From an uncultured Candidatus Saccharibacteria bacterium (GTDB lineage Bacteria; Patescibacteriota; Saccharimonadia; Saccharimonadales; Saccharimonadaceae): a stretch of 64,000 nt of DNA. The stretch covers positions 2,213 through 66,212 of the forward strand of contig CAZFZV010000001.1 in the NCBI GenBank assembly GCA_964523355.1, read 5' to 3'. The notes under the pieces are model-generated. The model was not told the origin of the DNA. It worked only from the letters and a program-made list of their open reading frames with translations, and did no database searches. A program made the position numbers and the translations under genes. This document shows positions 29,137-38,523 of the stretch, piece by piece (the stretch's first letter is position 1; every line of letters begins with the position of its first letter).

Positions 29137-29213
29137 TGGTACGCCCGACAGGATTTGAACCTACGACCTTTGGTTCCGGAAACCAACGCTCTATCCAGCT
29201 GAGCTACGGGCGC
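29137..29213 (-). tRNA. tRNA-Arg(CCG)
   Basis: Cloverleaf, anticodon loop TT-CCG-GA, encoded CCA. Confidence 0.95.
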
Positions 29214-29236
29214 ACATACTCTTATTATACCACACT

Positions 29237-29554
29237 CTATGACCGCTTTTTCTTCTTGGGGAGTGGGGTGACGGCCTCAACCAAGCTAACGACTTCGCGC
29301 GCAAAATCGGCATCGTCAATATCGAGAATATAGTGTAATTTTGCGCCCTGATAGGGGAAGCCGGTTTTAGCTGAGCGCATCTGCTCTGCAATGCAATCAA
29401 GTTGTTTGACGAAAACGGTATTATCACAAACCGTGAGGACGGGCTTATCATTGACGTAAATCATATATTCGCCGAACATCTTACGATAGCGCAGCTCGCC
29501 GACACCATGTAGCTGTTCGCAAACGTATTCAATAAAACTTAAATCAGTTGCCAT
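29237..29554 (-). CDS. TfoX/Sxy N-terminal domain protein
   Basis: RKMFGEYMIYVNDK...DNTVFVK signature. Confidence 0.85.
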   Translation of the reverse strand: MATDLSFIEYVCEQLHGVGELRYRKMFGEYMIYVNDKPVLTVCDNTVFVKQLDCIAEQMRSAKTGFPYQGAKLHYILDIDDADFAREVVSLVEAVTPLPKKKKRS

Positions 29555-29562
29555 AATATATA

Positions 29563-30027
29563 TTATATACTGGTTTTAACGTAATGCGTGAACCAATCGC
29601 TAAAGCCATCTGCGGAAGTATAAGCAGCTGCGTCTTCGTCACTATTCGCCTCGAGAAAATCGACGACTTTACCATCATGGAAGATTACAAAACTCGGGTA
29701 GAAATGTAAATCGGGTAATATTTGACTGTCTTTAAGTGTAGAAAAACTGATTTCGTAAAACTTGAGCGGCTGCGAAGTGAGGAATTCATCAAGATGATGC
29801 TCGAGATCGGCCGAAGCCTGGCAGGCAGGCTGCGAAACAAAGAGGCCAAAAGACTTCCGGTCGCTGATGAGGGTTTGTAAGTCGTCGAGACTGATAGTTT
29901 CGATCTCGGACGTACCATAATACTCTGGGCTGAGCGCAAACTGCGAGTTTTGGATATGGAAAAGCACTAGACCGATGACGCCAAGCGAAATAATAATCGC
30001 GAAGATCGCAGGAGCTTTAGATTTCAT
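29563..30027 (-). CDS. Membrane-anchored thioredoxin-like fold protein
   Basis: N-terminal TM helix, CQAS (CxxS), YPSFVIFHDGKVV. Confidence 0.55.
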   Translation of the reverse strand: MKSKAPAIFAIIISLGVIGLVLFHIQNSQFALSPEYYGTSEIETISLDDLQTLISDRKSFGLFVSQPACQASADLEHHLDEFLTSQPLKFYEISFSTLKDSQILPDLHFYPSFVIFHDGKVVDFLEANSDEDAAAYTSADGFSDWFTHYVKTSI

Positions 30028-30746
30028 GACTTTTTAGTCTCGTGAAGAGTGGCAAAATCAATGTTGTGATACGGAACTTTCCAGAAATCGTAAGTAGTCT
30101 CGCCGTCATGGGTATTTTTAACTTCAACATTATGCTCGCCATCGTAATACCAATGACCGCCAACGTTATATATTTTATTACTATCCCAACCGAGCGAGAC
30201 TAGAAGATGCTTCATAGCCCCAGCATAACCACCACCGCCACACATAAGGAAAATGTTTTTGTCTTTCGGGAAGAGATCATTCAGGATTTGGAGAGACTCT
30301 TGGTAATTTGGGCGATAATTCCCGGAACCGTCGTCGGTAAAAAGCGTGGCACCCTCATAGCTCGCGCCAACTTCGGGCGGAAGACCGGAGACGTTAACAA
30401 TGTAAGGATAAGGAACAATCTCAAAGCCATCGACGAAGCCCGAAAGATAGGAATCGCCGCCAATAGCTTCATAATTCCCGGGGTCTTCAAGCATACGCAA
30501 ATCACGATAAACGGAGTCAGTGCGTCCGAGATATTGATCAATCGTAGACTCGTTAATATTTTTATCAATACCAAACTGGCTACCACGGATACCCTCGGCG
30601 AGTTCCGGCGCAGGCAAAGAAGTATCGCTGAGCGTGGACGACTTTTTGTTGGTAAAAATTAATAATACCACCGTCAAACAAATCAAGATACCTAGGACGA
30701 CGGCGATAATGATTTTACTAGCTTTGGAACGAGGTTTTGTATTCAT
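30024..30746 (-). CDS. Membrane-anchored rhodanese-like protein
   Basis: TM helix, YRDLR, IFLMCGGGGYA active-site loop, IYNVGG. Start moved to ATG 30746. Confidence 0.7.
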   Translation of the reverse strand: MNTKPRSKASKIIIAVVLGILICLTVVLLIFTNKKSSTLSDTSLPAPELAEGIRGSQFGIDKNINESTIDQYLGRTDSVYRDLRMLEDPGNYEAIGGDSYLSGFVDGFEIVPYPYIVNVSGLPPEVGASYEGATLFTDDGSGNYRPNYQESLQILNDLFPKDKNIFLMCGGGGYAGAMKHLLVSLGWDSNKIYNVGGHWYYDGEHNVEVKNTHDGETTYDFWKVPYHNIDFATLHETKKS

Positions 30747-30767
30747 GATTACATTATAAAGCATAAA

Positions 30768-31004
30768 TGTTAAAATTGGTATGTGGAGTGATTGGCTTTT
30801 GTCCGTAGCGGGAACGTGAATATTAACGACGGCAGGGTTAACTACGTCGGCGAGTGGGGCTGGGATTGGTCGCGTACCGCCCAATCATCTACCAACGCTT
30901 ACAACCTACAGTTCGGCGTATCCGCCATCAACCCGTCAAACAACAACAACCGTCGGAACGGTTTCCCCCTCCGCTGAGTATTTGCCGGTTTGGTGCCGAT
31001 CTTT
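30768..31004 (+). ncRNA. DGR-template-like cassette 1 (leader largely missing)
   Basis: TGTTAAAAT promoter, GTGG at 30783, template 30792-30974 (LAFVRSG...GFPLR, 11 AAC codons), 3' motif CCGGTTTGGTGCCGATCTTT at 30985-31004. Confidence 0.75.
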
Positions 31005-31042
31005 CATAGAAAATACTCCACAAAAGTGGAGTATTTTCTATG
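31005..31042. terminator. Probable bidirectional terminator between cassette 1 and tRNA-Lys
   Basis: Perfect 17-bp stem CATAGAAAATACTCCAC/GTGGAGTATTTTCTATG. Confidence 0.8.
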
Positions 31043-31117
31043 GTGAGTCGGGAGGGGCTCGAACCCTCGACACCCTGCTTAAGAGGCAGGTGCTCTAACC
31101 AGCTGAGCTACCGACCC
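31041..31117 (-). tRNA. tRNA-Lys(CTT)
   Basis: Cloverleaf, anticodon loop CT-CTT-AA, encoded CCA. Confidence 0.95.
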
Positions 31118-31190
31118 AGATACGTTTGTATTATATCACGTTAGAGGCGAAAATGAAAGCCTGATTTGGGTTTTATGCTAAAATAGTAGA

Positions 31191-32291
31191 ATGAAGATAC
31201 GCGAGAATGTACCAATTTCTGAGCTAACGACGATGCGACTGGGCGGCGCGACGCGGTATCTCGTGGAAGTTGAGCAGGAAGATGATATTCGAGCGGCCTA
31301 TGAGTTTGCGCGAGAGCGTGGTTTGCCGGTCTGGATTATGGGAGGGGGCGCGAATACGATTGGACGCGATGAGGGTTTCGCGGGCGTAATAATCCTGAAC
31401 CGATTGAAAGGAATTTTCGTACAGCAGGGCGATAAACTAGTCGCAGCGCAGGATTCGAATGACGCAGAGCTAGGGGATGAATTAACAATCGTGGCGATGG
31501 GGGGAGAAATTTGGGATGATTTGGTGAAATTTGCTGCCGAAAAGGGCTATACGGGGATCGAAGCAATGAGCATGATACCGGGGACGGTAGGGGCGGCGCC
31601 AGTACAGAATATCGGGGCTTATGGTCAGGAATTGTCGCAAGTCATAGAGTGGGTCCGAGCGTATGATACGAAGAGCGGCGAAATCGTGACTTTGACAAAA
31701 CCGGAGATGAAGATGGGCTACCGGACGACGCGGTTTAATACGGGAGAGGACGTCGGGAGATTCTTTATTATTTCAGTGACACTTAAGTTGCGGCGAGGAG
31801 AGCTAGAGCCGCCTTTCTATAATTCCCTACAGCGCTATATTGATGAACACGGCGTGAAGGATTTTTCGCCGGTAAGTATTCGGGAAATGGTTTGCGAGAT
31901 TCGCGACCAGAAATTACCTGACCCCGAGAAAGTGGCTAACGCCGGAAGCTTTTTCAAGAATGTACGTGTGACGCCGGAAGAGGTCGAGAGCGTGAAGGCA
32001 AAAGGAATGCCAGTATGGGTAAATGCGGACGGGAGCGGAAAGCTGAATTCTGGCTGGTTAATCGAAGCTTGTGGGCTCAAAGGTAAAGAGGCGTATGGAT
32101 TCCGCGTGAGTGATAAAGCGGCGCTGGTGCTAATCAATGAGAGCGCGAAATCGTATGCGGATTTGGCGAAAGCAAGGCAAGAGGTAATCGATGCGGTGCG
32201 GGAGAAATTTGGATTCGTATTAGAACAGGAGCCGGTAGAAATATATCATGAGACGAATAATATTCAAAGCGATGATGCGGGAGATGAATAA
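31191..32291 (+). CDS. murB: UDP-N-acetylmuramate dehydrogenase
   Basis: TTMRLGG, GGGAN, IPGTVGAAPVQNIGAYG, NAGSFFKN, EQEP. Confidence 0.95.
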   Translation: MKIRENVPISELTTMRLGGATRYLVEVEQEDDIRAAYEFARERGLPVWIMGGGANTIGRDEGFAGVIILNRLKGIFVQQGDKLVAAQDSNDAELGDELTIVAMGGEIWDDLVKFAAEKGYTGIEAMSMIPGTVGAAPVQNIGAYGQELSQVIEWVRAYDTKSGEIVTLTKPEMKMGYRTTRFNTGEDVGRFFIISVTLKLRRGELEPPFYNSLQRYIDEHGVKDFSPVSIREMVCEIRDQKLPDPEKVANAGSFFKNVRVTPEEVESVKAKGMPVWVNADGSGKLNSGWLIEACGLKGKEAYGFRVSDKAALVLINESAKSYADLAKARQEVIDAVREKFGFVLEQEPVEIYHETNNIQSDDAGDE

Positions 32292-33154
32292 TGAAAGAGT
32301 TGAATGGTCGAGAGCTAGCAGGCTATATGAAAGAGAACCAGGCGCATACGGTGCGCAGCTTAAAGGCGCGTGGCGTGCGGCCAAAGCTAATCATTATCCG
32401 CGATAATGACAATCCGGTGATTGCGAAATATGTACATTTGAAGCGACTGTACGGCGAAGATATAGGGGTAGAAGTCGAGGATTGGCTACGAGATGACGTC
32501 ACTAGAGCGATCCAGGAAGCGAATCAAGATACGAGCGTACATGGCATAATTGTGCAGCTACCACTCAAAGATAAGAGTATGACGGACGCCGTGGTAAGAG
32601 AAATTGTACCAGAAAAAGATGTGGATGGCCTCGCGAGCAATATTCACCAGATGAATAATGCTTCAGAAGAATATTCATCTGATGATATAATAAGTCAGCA
32701 AGTGCAGTTTGAATCGGCGACGGCGACGGCAATAAATTGGCTCTTGGCGGGGTATGATATCGATTTGGTCGGTAGACGAATTGCGATAGTAGGATATGGT
32801 AGGCTAGTGGGGGCGCCACTGGAGCGGATGTGGCGCAATTCGGGATATGACGTGAGCGTGTTTCGAAGCAAGGATAGTTTAGAAACATTGCCGGAGTATG
32901 ATGTGATTGTGAGCGCGACGGGTGTGCCGCATTTGATTAAAGATGAGTTAGTCGGAAGCGGAGCAGTCGTAGTCGATGCTGGGACGGCGAGTGAGGGTGG
33001 CGTATTAGTCGGCGATGTAGACGATGCAGTGCACGAGCGGAAAGATTTGAAAGCGATTACACCGAAAATAGGAGGAGTGGGGCCGTTGACGGTGACGGCG
33101 CTGTTTGAGCATGTTTTGATGGCAGCGGAGAGAGCTAGTCGCGTTTCAGCATAA
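32291..33154 (+). CDS. folD: Methylenetetrahydrofolate dehydrogenase/cyclohydrolase
   Basis: HGIIVQLPL, EKDVDG, VGAP, ITPKIGGVGPLT. Confidence 0.92.
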   Translation: MKELNGRELAGYMKENQAHTVRSLKARGVRPKLIIIRDNDNPVIAKYVHLKRLYGEDIGVEVEDWLRDDVTRAIQEANQDTSVHGIIVQLPLKDKSMTDAVVREIVPEKDVDGLASNIHQMNNASEEYSSDDIISQQVQFESATATAINWLLAGYDIDLVGRRIAIVGYGRLVGAPLERMWRNSGYDVSVFRSKDSLETLPEYDVIVSATGVPHLIKDELVGSGAVVVDAGTASEGGVLVGDVDDAVHERKDLKAITPKIGGVGPLTVTALFEHVLMAAERASRVSA

Positions 33155-34913
33155 CGGTAAAGGCTTCGGAGGGGATGTCGATTTTGCCGAAGCGTTTCAT
33201 GCGTGCTTTACCCTTTTTCTGTTTTTCGAGCAGCTTAGCTTTGCGGTCGCGATCGCCGGTATGAATCTTCACGGTAACATCTTTGCGATAAGCGCCGATG
33301 GTTTCGCGGGCGATGATTTTAGCACCGATAGCAGCTTGGAGGGCAACCTCGAAATTCTGACGCGGGATGACTTCCTTGAGCTTTTTCGTAATTTCGCGAC
33401 CGAGCGCATCGGCTTCGCTACGGTGGCACATAATACTGAGAGCGTCGATACGGTTCCCTGCCACCAGAAAATCGAGACGGACGAGGTCTTCGGCACGATA
33501 ATCCGACAGCTCGTAGTTAAAACTAGCGTACCCAGACGTAATGCTCTTCAGCTGGTCATAAAAATCCGTCAGGAGATTCGCCATCGGTGCCTCAAAGTCA
33601 ATCACAGCGCGATCTTCAATATAGCTAAGATTGGTCTGGTGACCGCGTTTTTCGTTAATCAGGCCGAGGACGCCGCCAATCATATTCTGCGGCAAGATAA
33701 TTTCGCCTTTCACCCAGGGCTCGCGAATCTCGAGAATCGTAGATTGGTCAGGGAGATCGGAAGCGGAGCGAATGTTGAGATTTTCGCCGTCAGTCGTCGT
33801 AACTTCGTAATTGGTCGACGGATTGGTCACGACAAGGTCAAGGTTGAATTCACGTTCGAGTCGCTCGCGAATAATATCCATATGGAGCAGCCCGAGGAAT
33901 CCAATACGCAGACCAAAGCCAAGGATGGGGGAGTTTTCCGGCTCAAAATGGAGGGCGGAATCGGAGAGGGCAAGCTTTTCGACGGCATCTTTCAAATCTT
34001 GGTACTGGTCGTTTGAGACAGGAAAAAATCCGGCGTAGACGAAAGGTAGGACATCTTTGTAACCTGGGAGCGGAGTAGTAGCAGGATGCTGCGCAAGCGT
34101 CACAGTGTCGCCGACTTTGGCTTCGCGGGTAGTCTTGAGGTTGGTCACAATATAGCCAATACTACCTTCGTCGAGACTGGCGGCGGGGGTCATTTTGGGA
34201 GTCAAGGCGCCAACTTCGAGCGCAAGACCGTTAGTCTCGGCGGCCATCATGCGGATTTCGGCGTTTTTCGGAATGACACCCTCAAAAACGCGAACATACA
34301 GAATGACGCCACGATAGTCGTCAAAGTAGGAATCGAAAATCAGGGCTCTAGTATCTCGTGAGTTGGTGGTCAACTCACGAGGGGCTGGAGCTTTTTCGAT
34401 GATCGTATTGAGAATATCGGTGACGCCTTGGCCAGTTTTGCCGGAGGCGAGGATGATATCCTCGGCCGGACAGCCTAGAAGATTGATAATCTGGGCGCTG
34501 ACTTTCTCGACGTCGGCGGCGGGGAGGTCGACCTTGTTAATCACGGGGATAATATACAAATCTTGCTCGAGTGCCAGATAGACATTGGCGAGGGTTTGCG
34601 CTTGGATACCTTGCGTAGCATCAACAACTAAGACCGCCGCTTCGACGGCTTGGAGCGAGCGGGAAACTTCATAAGAGAAATCGACGTGCCCTGGCGTATC
34701 GATCAGGTTCAAAATATAACCTTGCCAACGCATCTGGACGGGGGCGAGCTTAATCGTAATTCCCTTTTCGCGCTCCAGCTCCATAGAGTCAAGCAACTGT
34801 GATTTCATTTCACGCTGCGAAACTGTACCAGTGAGCTCCATCATGCGGTCGGCGATAGTCGATTTGCCGTGGTCGATATGAGCGATGATACAGAAATTGC
34901 GAATTTTATCCAT
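33135..34913 (-). CDS. lepA: Elongation factor 4
   Basis: IRNFCIIAHIDHGKST, DTPGHVDF, GFLGLLH, LLEKQKKGKARMK. Confidence 0.97.
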   Translation of the reverse strand: MDKIRNFCIIAHIDHGKSTIADRMMELTGTVSQREMKSQLLDSMELEREKGITIKLAPVQMRWQGYILNLIDTPGHVDFSYEVSRSLQAVEAAVLVVDATQGIQAQTLANVYLALEQDLYIIPVINKVDLPAADVEKVSAQIINLLGCPAEDIILASGKTGQGVTDILNTIIEKAPAPRELTTNSRDTRALIFDSYFDDYRGVILYVRVFEGVIPKNAEIRMMAAETNGLALEVGALTPKMTPAASLDEGSIGYIVTNLKTTREAKVGDTVTLAQHPATTPLPGYKDVLPFVYAGFFPVSNDQYQDLKDAVEKLALSDSALHFEPENSPILGFGLRIGFLGLLHMDIIRERLEREFNLDLVVTNPSTNYEVTTTDGENLNIRSASDLPDQSTILEIREPWVKGEIILPQNMIGGVLGLINEKRGHQTNLSYIEDRAVIDFEAPMANLLTDFYDQLKSITSGYASFNYELSDYRAEDLVRLDFLVAGNRIDALSIMCHRSEADALGREITKKLKEVIPRQNFEVALQAAIGAKIIARETIGAYRKDVTVKIHTGDRDRKAKLLEKQKKGKARMKRFGKIDIPSEAFTVMLKRD

Positions 34914-34935
34914 AATAGTGCTAAAATTATATCAT

Positions 34936-35826
34936 ATGAAGATAATTTTGGCAATTTCGGGGGGCGTGGATTCGATGGTGATGCTCGACATGGCGCGGAA
35001 AATGGAGGGATTGACCAAAGAAGACTTAATCGTTGCGCATTTTGACCATGGGATGCGGGAGAATTCGGGCGAAGATGCGGAATTTGTGCGGAGGAAAGCG
35101 GGAGAGTATGGCCTAGAATGCCGGATCCAGCGCGGCAGACTTAAGCCCGGCGCGGCGGAGGCGGAGGCGCGGAAAGCGCGGTATGCATTCTTGGAGACGA
35201 TCCGGCGCGAAATTTATGAGCAGAGCGAGGAGGAGAGCGAGATTTGGACTGCGCATCATCTGGACGACTTAGTAGAATCCGTAGCGATTAATTTCATCCG
35301 CGGGACGGGCTGGCGGGGACTGGCCGTACTAGATAGTAGGGGAGTAAGGCGGCCATTTTTGGATCGTAAAATCGTTGATCAGCCGATGGATAAAGCGGCA
35401 ATTTTTAGATATGCCGGGGCGCACGGGATTGAGTTTCGGGAGGATCAGAGTAACTCATGGGATGAATATTTGCGCAATCGGCTACGTCACCAGATGAATA
35501 ATAACGGTAGGCTGAGTAGCGATAAAAAGCTGCGGATTTATGAGCTTTGGCGACAACAGCGGCAACTAAAGACGGAGATAAATACGTTGGTGGATATAGT
35601 AATACCGTCGGAGGATAAAGAGTGGCGACGGAAGTGGTTTGAGGGGCTAGAAAAAGATATAGCGCTAGAACTATTGAGGCGAGGGGCTGGCCGCAAGGGC
35701 ATAGAAGCGACACGGCCACAGCTGGAGGATTTCAGGCAGGCGATTATCAGCTATGGTTCGGGGAAATATTTTAATTTACCCGGGGACAAACTGGTGAAGC
35801 TAAAAAAAGAGACTTTTGAAATCTAA
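34936..35826 (+). CDS. tilS: tRNA(Ile)-lysidine synthetase
   Basis: AISGGVDS PP-loop, AHFDHG, RKARY, AHHLDD, EDQSN, RNRLR. Confidence 0.92.
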   Translation: MKIILAISGGVDSMVMLDMARKMEGLTKEDLIVAHFDHGMRENSGEDAEFVRRKAGEYGLECRIQRGRLKPGAAEAEARKARYAFLETIRREIYEQSEEESEIWTAHHLDDLVESVAINFIRGTGWRGLAVLDSRGVRRPFLDRKIVDQPMDKAAIFRYAGAHGIEFREDQSNSWDEYLRNRLRHQMNNNGRLSSDKKLRIYELWRQQRQLKTEINTLVDIVIPSEDKEWRRKWFEGLEKDIALELLRRGAGRKGIEATRPQLEDFRQAIISYGSGKYFNLPGDKLVKLKKETFEI

Positions 35827-35867
35827 TTTTGTGCTATAATAGCGGCAGATTAAAGTGGAGTTTGTAT

Positions 35868-36701
35868 ATGATTACGAAAGCAATTATTCCAGTCGCAGGT
35901 TGGGGGACACGGAGATTACCGATTACGAAGATTATTGAGAAGTCGATGCTGCCGGTCGGAAATCGGCCGTTGGTAGATTACTCGGTCCAAGAACTGATTA
36001 AGGCGGGCGTGAAAGATATTTACATGGTAATTTCTAATGTCGAGCCGTGCCAAGTAAAAGCCTTTTATCAGAAAAATACAGCGCTGGATCAGTACTTGAT
36101 TGACAGAGGTAAAGAAGATAGATTGAAGCTGGCGCATACTTTGCCGGACGATGTAAAAATTCACTACGTACAGCAGGACCCGGCCGGAAAATATGGAACG
36201 GCGGTGCCGATTGCGATGGTGGTAGAAGAATACAAGATTGATGAGCCAGTGCTGGTCTTCATGGGCGATGATTTTATTTGGAATCCGGACGGAGAGTCGG
36301 CTAGTGATTCCCTGCTACAGGCGCTACAAGAGGAGGGTGAGTCGGCAATTCTGGGCGTAGAAGTGGACAAAAATCAGGTAGATAAATATGGTGTGTTGTC
36401 GGTCGAGGATGGGAAGCTGACTGCGATTGTAGAGAAGCCAGAAGTCGAAGCGGCGCCGTCGAATTTGATTAACGTCAGCAAGTATGTCATGTCGCCAGAG
36501 CTATTAAAAGAAATTGTGGATTATGTACAAGAGCACGATTTTGGGCCGAAAGATCAGGAGTATCTTGTCACCGATCCGATTGAGTCGTACTTGGAAAAAG
36601 GCGGCGTAATGCGAGTTGCGCCGACGACTGGCGAATACCTTGATGGGGGCAGCGTCGAGGGCTGGCTACACGCGAATAACGTAGTCTGTGGCGGAGAATA
36701 A
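35868..36701 (+). CDS. galU: UTP-glucose-1-phosphate uridylyltransferase family protein
   Basis: KAIIPVAGWGTRRLPITK, KSMLPV, VEKP. Confidence 0.8.
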   Translation: MITKAIIPVAGWGTRRLPITKIIEKSMLPVGNRPLVDYSVQELIKAGVKDIYMVISNVEPCQVKAFYQKNTALDQYLIDRGKEDRLKLAHTLPDDVKIHYVQQDPAGKYGTAVPIAMVVEEYKIDEPVLVFMGDDFIWNPDGESASDSLLQALQEEGESAILGVEVDKNQVDKYGVLSVEDGKLTAIVEKPEVEAAPSNLINVSKYVMSPELLKEIVDYVQEHDFGPKDQEYLVTDPIESYLEKGGVMRVAPTTGEYLDGGSVEGWLHANNVVCGGE

Positions 36702-36801
36702 TTCCTTAAAGTTTATATCACTACACGAATAATTGTAAAAGTCAATATGCGTGTGGTGATATATTTTGTGCTATAATCGTAATATGAGGAAACACTTAGA
36801 T

Positions 36802-38391
36802 ATGACTTATCAGGAAAAAATTGGACACGTAGTGGAGCGGCTACGGACCGAAAAAGGTTGGACGCAAATGCAGCTCGCGGAGGCGATTGGGAGTAGCCAG
36901 TCGGCGGTGCATCGGATTGAGAAAGGCGGCCAGAATATTTCGCTGGAGCTAATCCGGAAGTTGTCTCAAGCGCTGGGCGGGCAGATTCTGTCGATTAATG
37001 ACAGCGTTTCGCAGAGTTACTGTATTCATGGCGGGAAAGAATTACACGGCGAGGCGACTATCAATACGAGCAAAAATGCGGCTGTGGCGTTGCTCTGTGC
37101 GAGTTTGCTGAATAGCGGGGTGACGACGCTGAGGCATGTGGCGCGGATTGAAGAAGTGTTTCGGATTATCGAAGTGCTGGAGTCGCTAGGAGTTAAGTGC
37201 CGTTGGATAAACTCCAATCGCGATTTAGAGATTACGCCGCCACGTAAACTGGACCTCGAGAAGATTAATGTCGAAGCGGCGCGGCGGACGCGGTCAGTGC
37301 TGATGTTCATGGGGCCGCTGTTACATAAGTTTAAGAAGTTTCGGCTGCCTTATGCGGGAGGATGCACGCTCGGGACACGCACGATTGAACCGCATCTGAG
37401 AGCCTTGTCGACGTTTGGACTAAAAGTCGATGCGACGAACTGCAGTGGGTTCTATGAGGCGACGGTGGCGCCCGCGAAACCGACAATGAAGCCAAAAGAT
37501 GAAGAGATGCCGCGCAATATTGACCAGGTGGGGCCGAAGTTCCCGCCGAAGCGGATTGTGCTGATTGAGCGCGGAGATACGGTGACGGAAAATGCTTTGA
37601 TGGCGGCGGCGTTATACCCGGGCGAGACGACGATCGTGGGCGCATCATCAAATTATATGGTCCAAGATTTGTGCTTTTTCTTGGAAAAGCTAGGGGTGAA
37701 AGTGCGCGGGGTGGGGTCGACGACTTTACGAGTCTCTGGTAAGGCGACGATTGATATGGATGTGGAGTATTCGCCAGCTGAAGATCCGATTGAGGCAATG
37801 TCGTTTATAGCGGTGGCGCTAGTGACGCAGTCGAATTTGACAATCCGACGGGCGCCGATTGAATTTCTCGAGATTGAACTGGAGATTTTGCGCAGTATGG
37901 GCGCGAGGATAGAGCGATCGCCAGAGTATTACAGTACAAATGGACGAACGCGGCTGGTGGATTTGAAGATTAAGAAGTCTAAGTTGGTGGCGCCGACAGA
38001 TAAGATTGCACCGATGCCATTCCCGGGGCTGAATATTGATAATCTGCCGTTCTTCGGCGTGATTGCGGCAACCGCGGAGGGGCGAACGCTGATTCATGAC
38101 TGGGTGTTTGAGAATCGAGCAGTATATATTACTTACCTTGAGAGCCTGAATGCGAAAGTCGAGCTCCTAGACGCGCACCGGGTGTATATTGAGGGGCCGA
38201 CGAATTGGCGAGCAGCTGAGCTAGTAGCGCCGCCCGCATTGCGACCGGCGGTCGTAGTATTGATAGCCATGCTGGCAGCGCCAGGGACTTCGATCTTGCG
38301 GAATATTTATTCAATTAACCGCGGATACCAAGATTTCGCAGCCCGACTGAATAATCTGGGAGCTGATATTCAGCCGCTGAGCGGAATTTAG
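36802..38391 (+). CDS. murA: XRE-family HTH fused to UDP-N-acetylglucosamine 1-carboxyvinyltransferase
   Basis: N-terminal WTQMQLAEAIGSSQSAVHRIEKG; SKNAA, catalytic GGC, PFPG, LRPA, RGY. Confidence 0.9.
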   Translation: MTYQEKIGHVVERLRTEKGWTQMQLAEAIGSSQSAVHRIEKGGQNISLELIRKLSQALGGQILSINDSVSQSYCIHGGKELHGEATINTSKNAAVALLCASLLNSGVTTLRHVARIEEVFRIIEVLESLGVKCRWINSNRDLEITPPRKLDLEKINVEAARRTRSVLMFMGPLLHKFKKFRLPYAGGCTLGTRTIEPHLRALSTFGLKVDATNCSGFYEATVAPAKPTMKPKDEEMPRNIDQVGPKFPPKRIVLIERGDTVTENALMAAALYPGETTIVGASSNYMVQDLCFFLEKLGVKVRGVGSTTLRVSGKATIDMDVEYSPAEDPIEAMSFIAVALVTQSNLTIRRAPIEFLEIELEILRSMGARIERSPEYYSTNGRTRLVDLKIKKSKLVAPTDKIAPMPFPGLNIDNLPFFGVIAATAEGRTLIHDWVFENRAVYITYLESLNAKVELLDAHRVYIEGPTNWRAAELVAPPALRPAVVVLIAMLAAPGTSILRNIYSINRGYQDFAARLNNLGADIQPLSGI

Positions 38392-38523
38392 GGAAATTGC
38401 GGGGCGAGCGGACTTTTTGTAAAAAACATCAAGCTTGTGTTTGTAAGTTGGGCGAAATTTGATATATAGTGACAGCATACGCGTATTTATAATGCTATAA
38501 TAAGAGTAGTAAAGGAAGGTAAT

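Noticed and set aside
30792-30977. ORF-track proteins over the template cassettes (30792-30977, 53184-53411, 60896-61165) and antisense 52684-52989
   Set aside because: TTG or weak starts without an RBS, only the last ~60 aa of a domain, and the terminal Cys replaced by TGA/TGG. Better explained as non-coding templates.
33261-34581. Plus-strand ORFs inside lepA, and similar shadows inside Clp, ABC-F, gpmI, aguB and ruvB
   Set aside because: They overlap well-supported genes on the opposite strand; codon-bias artefacts.
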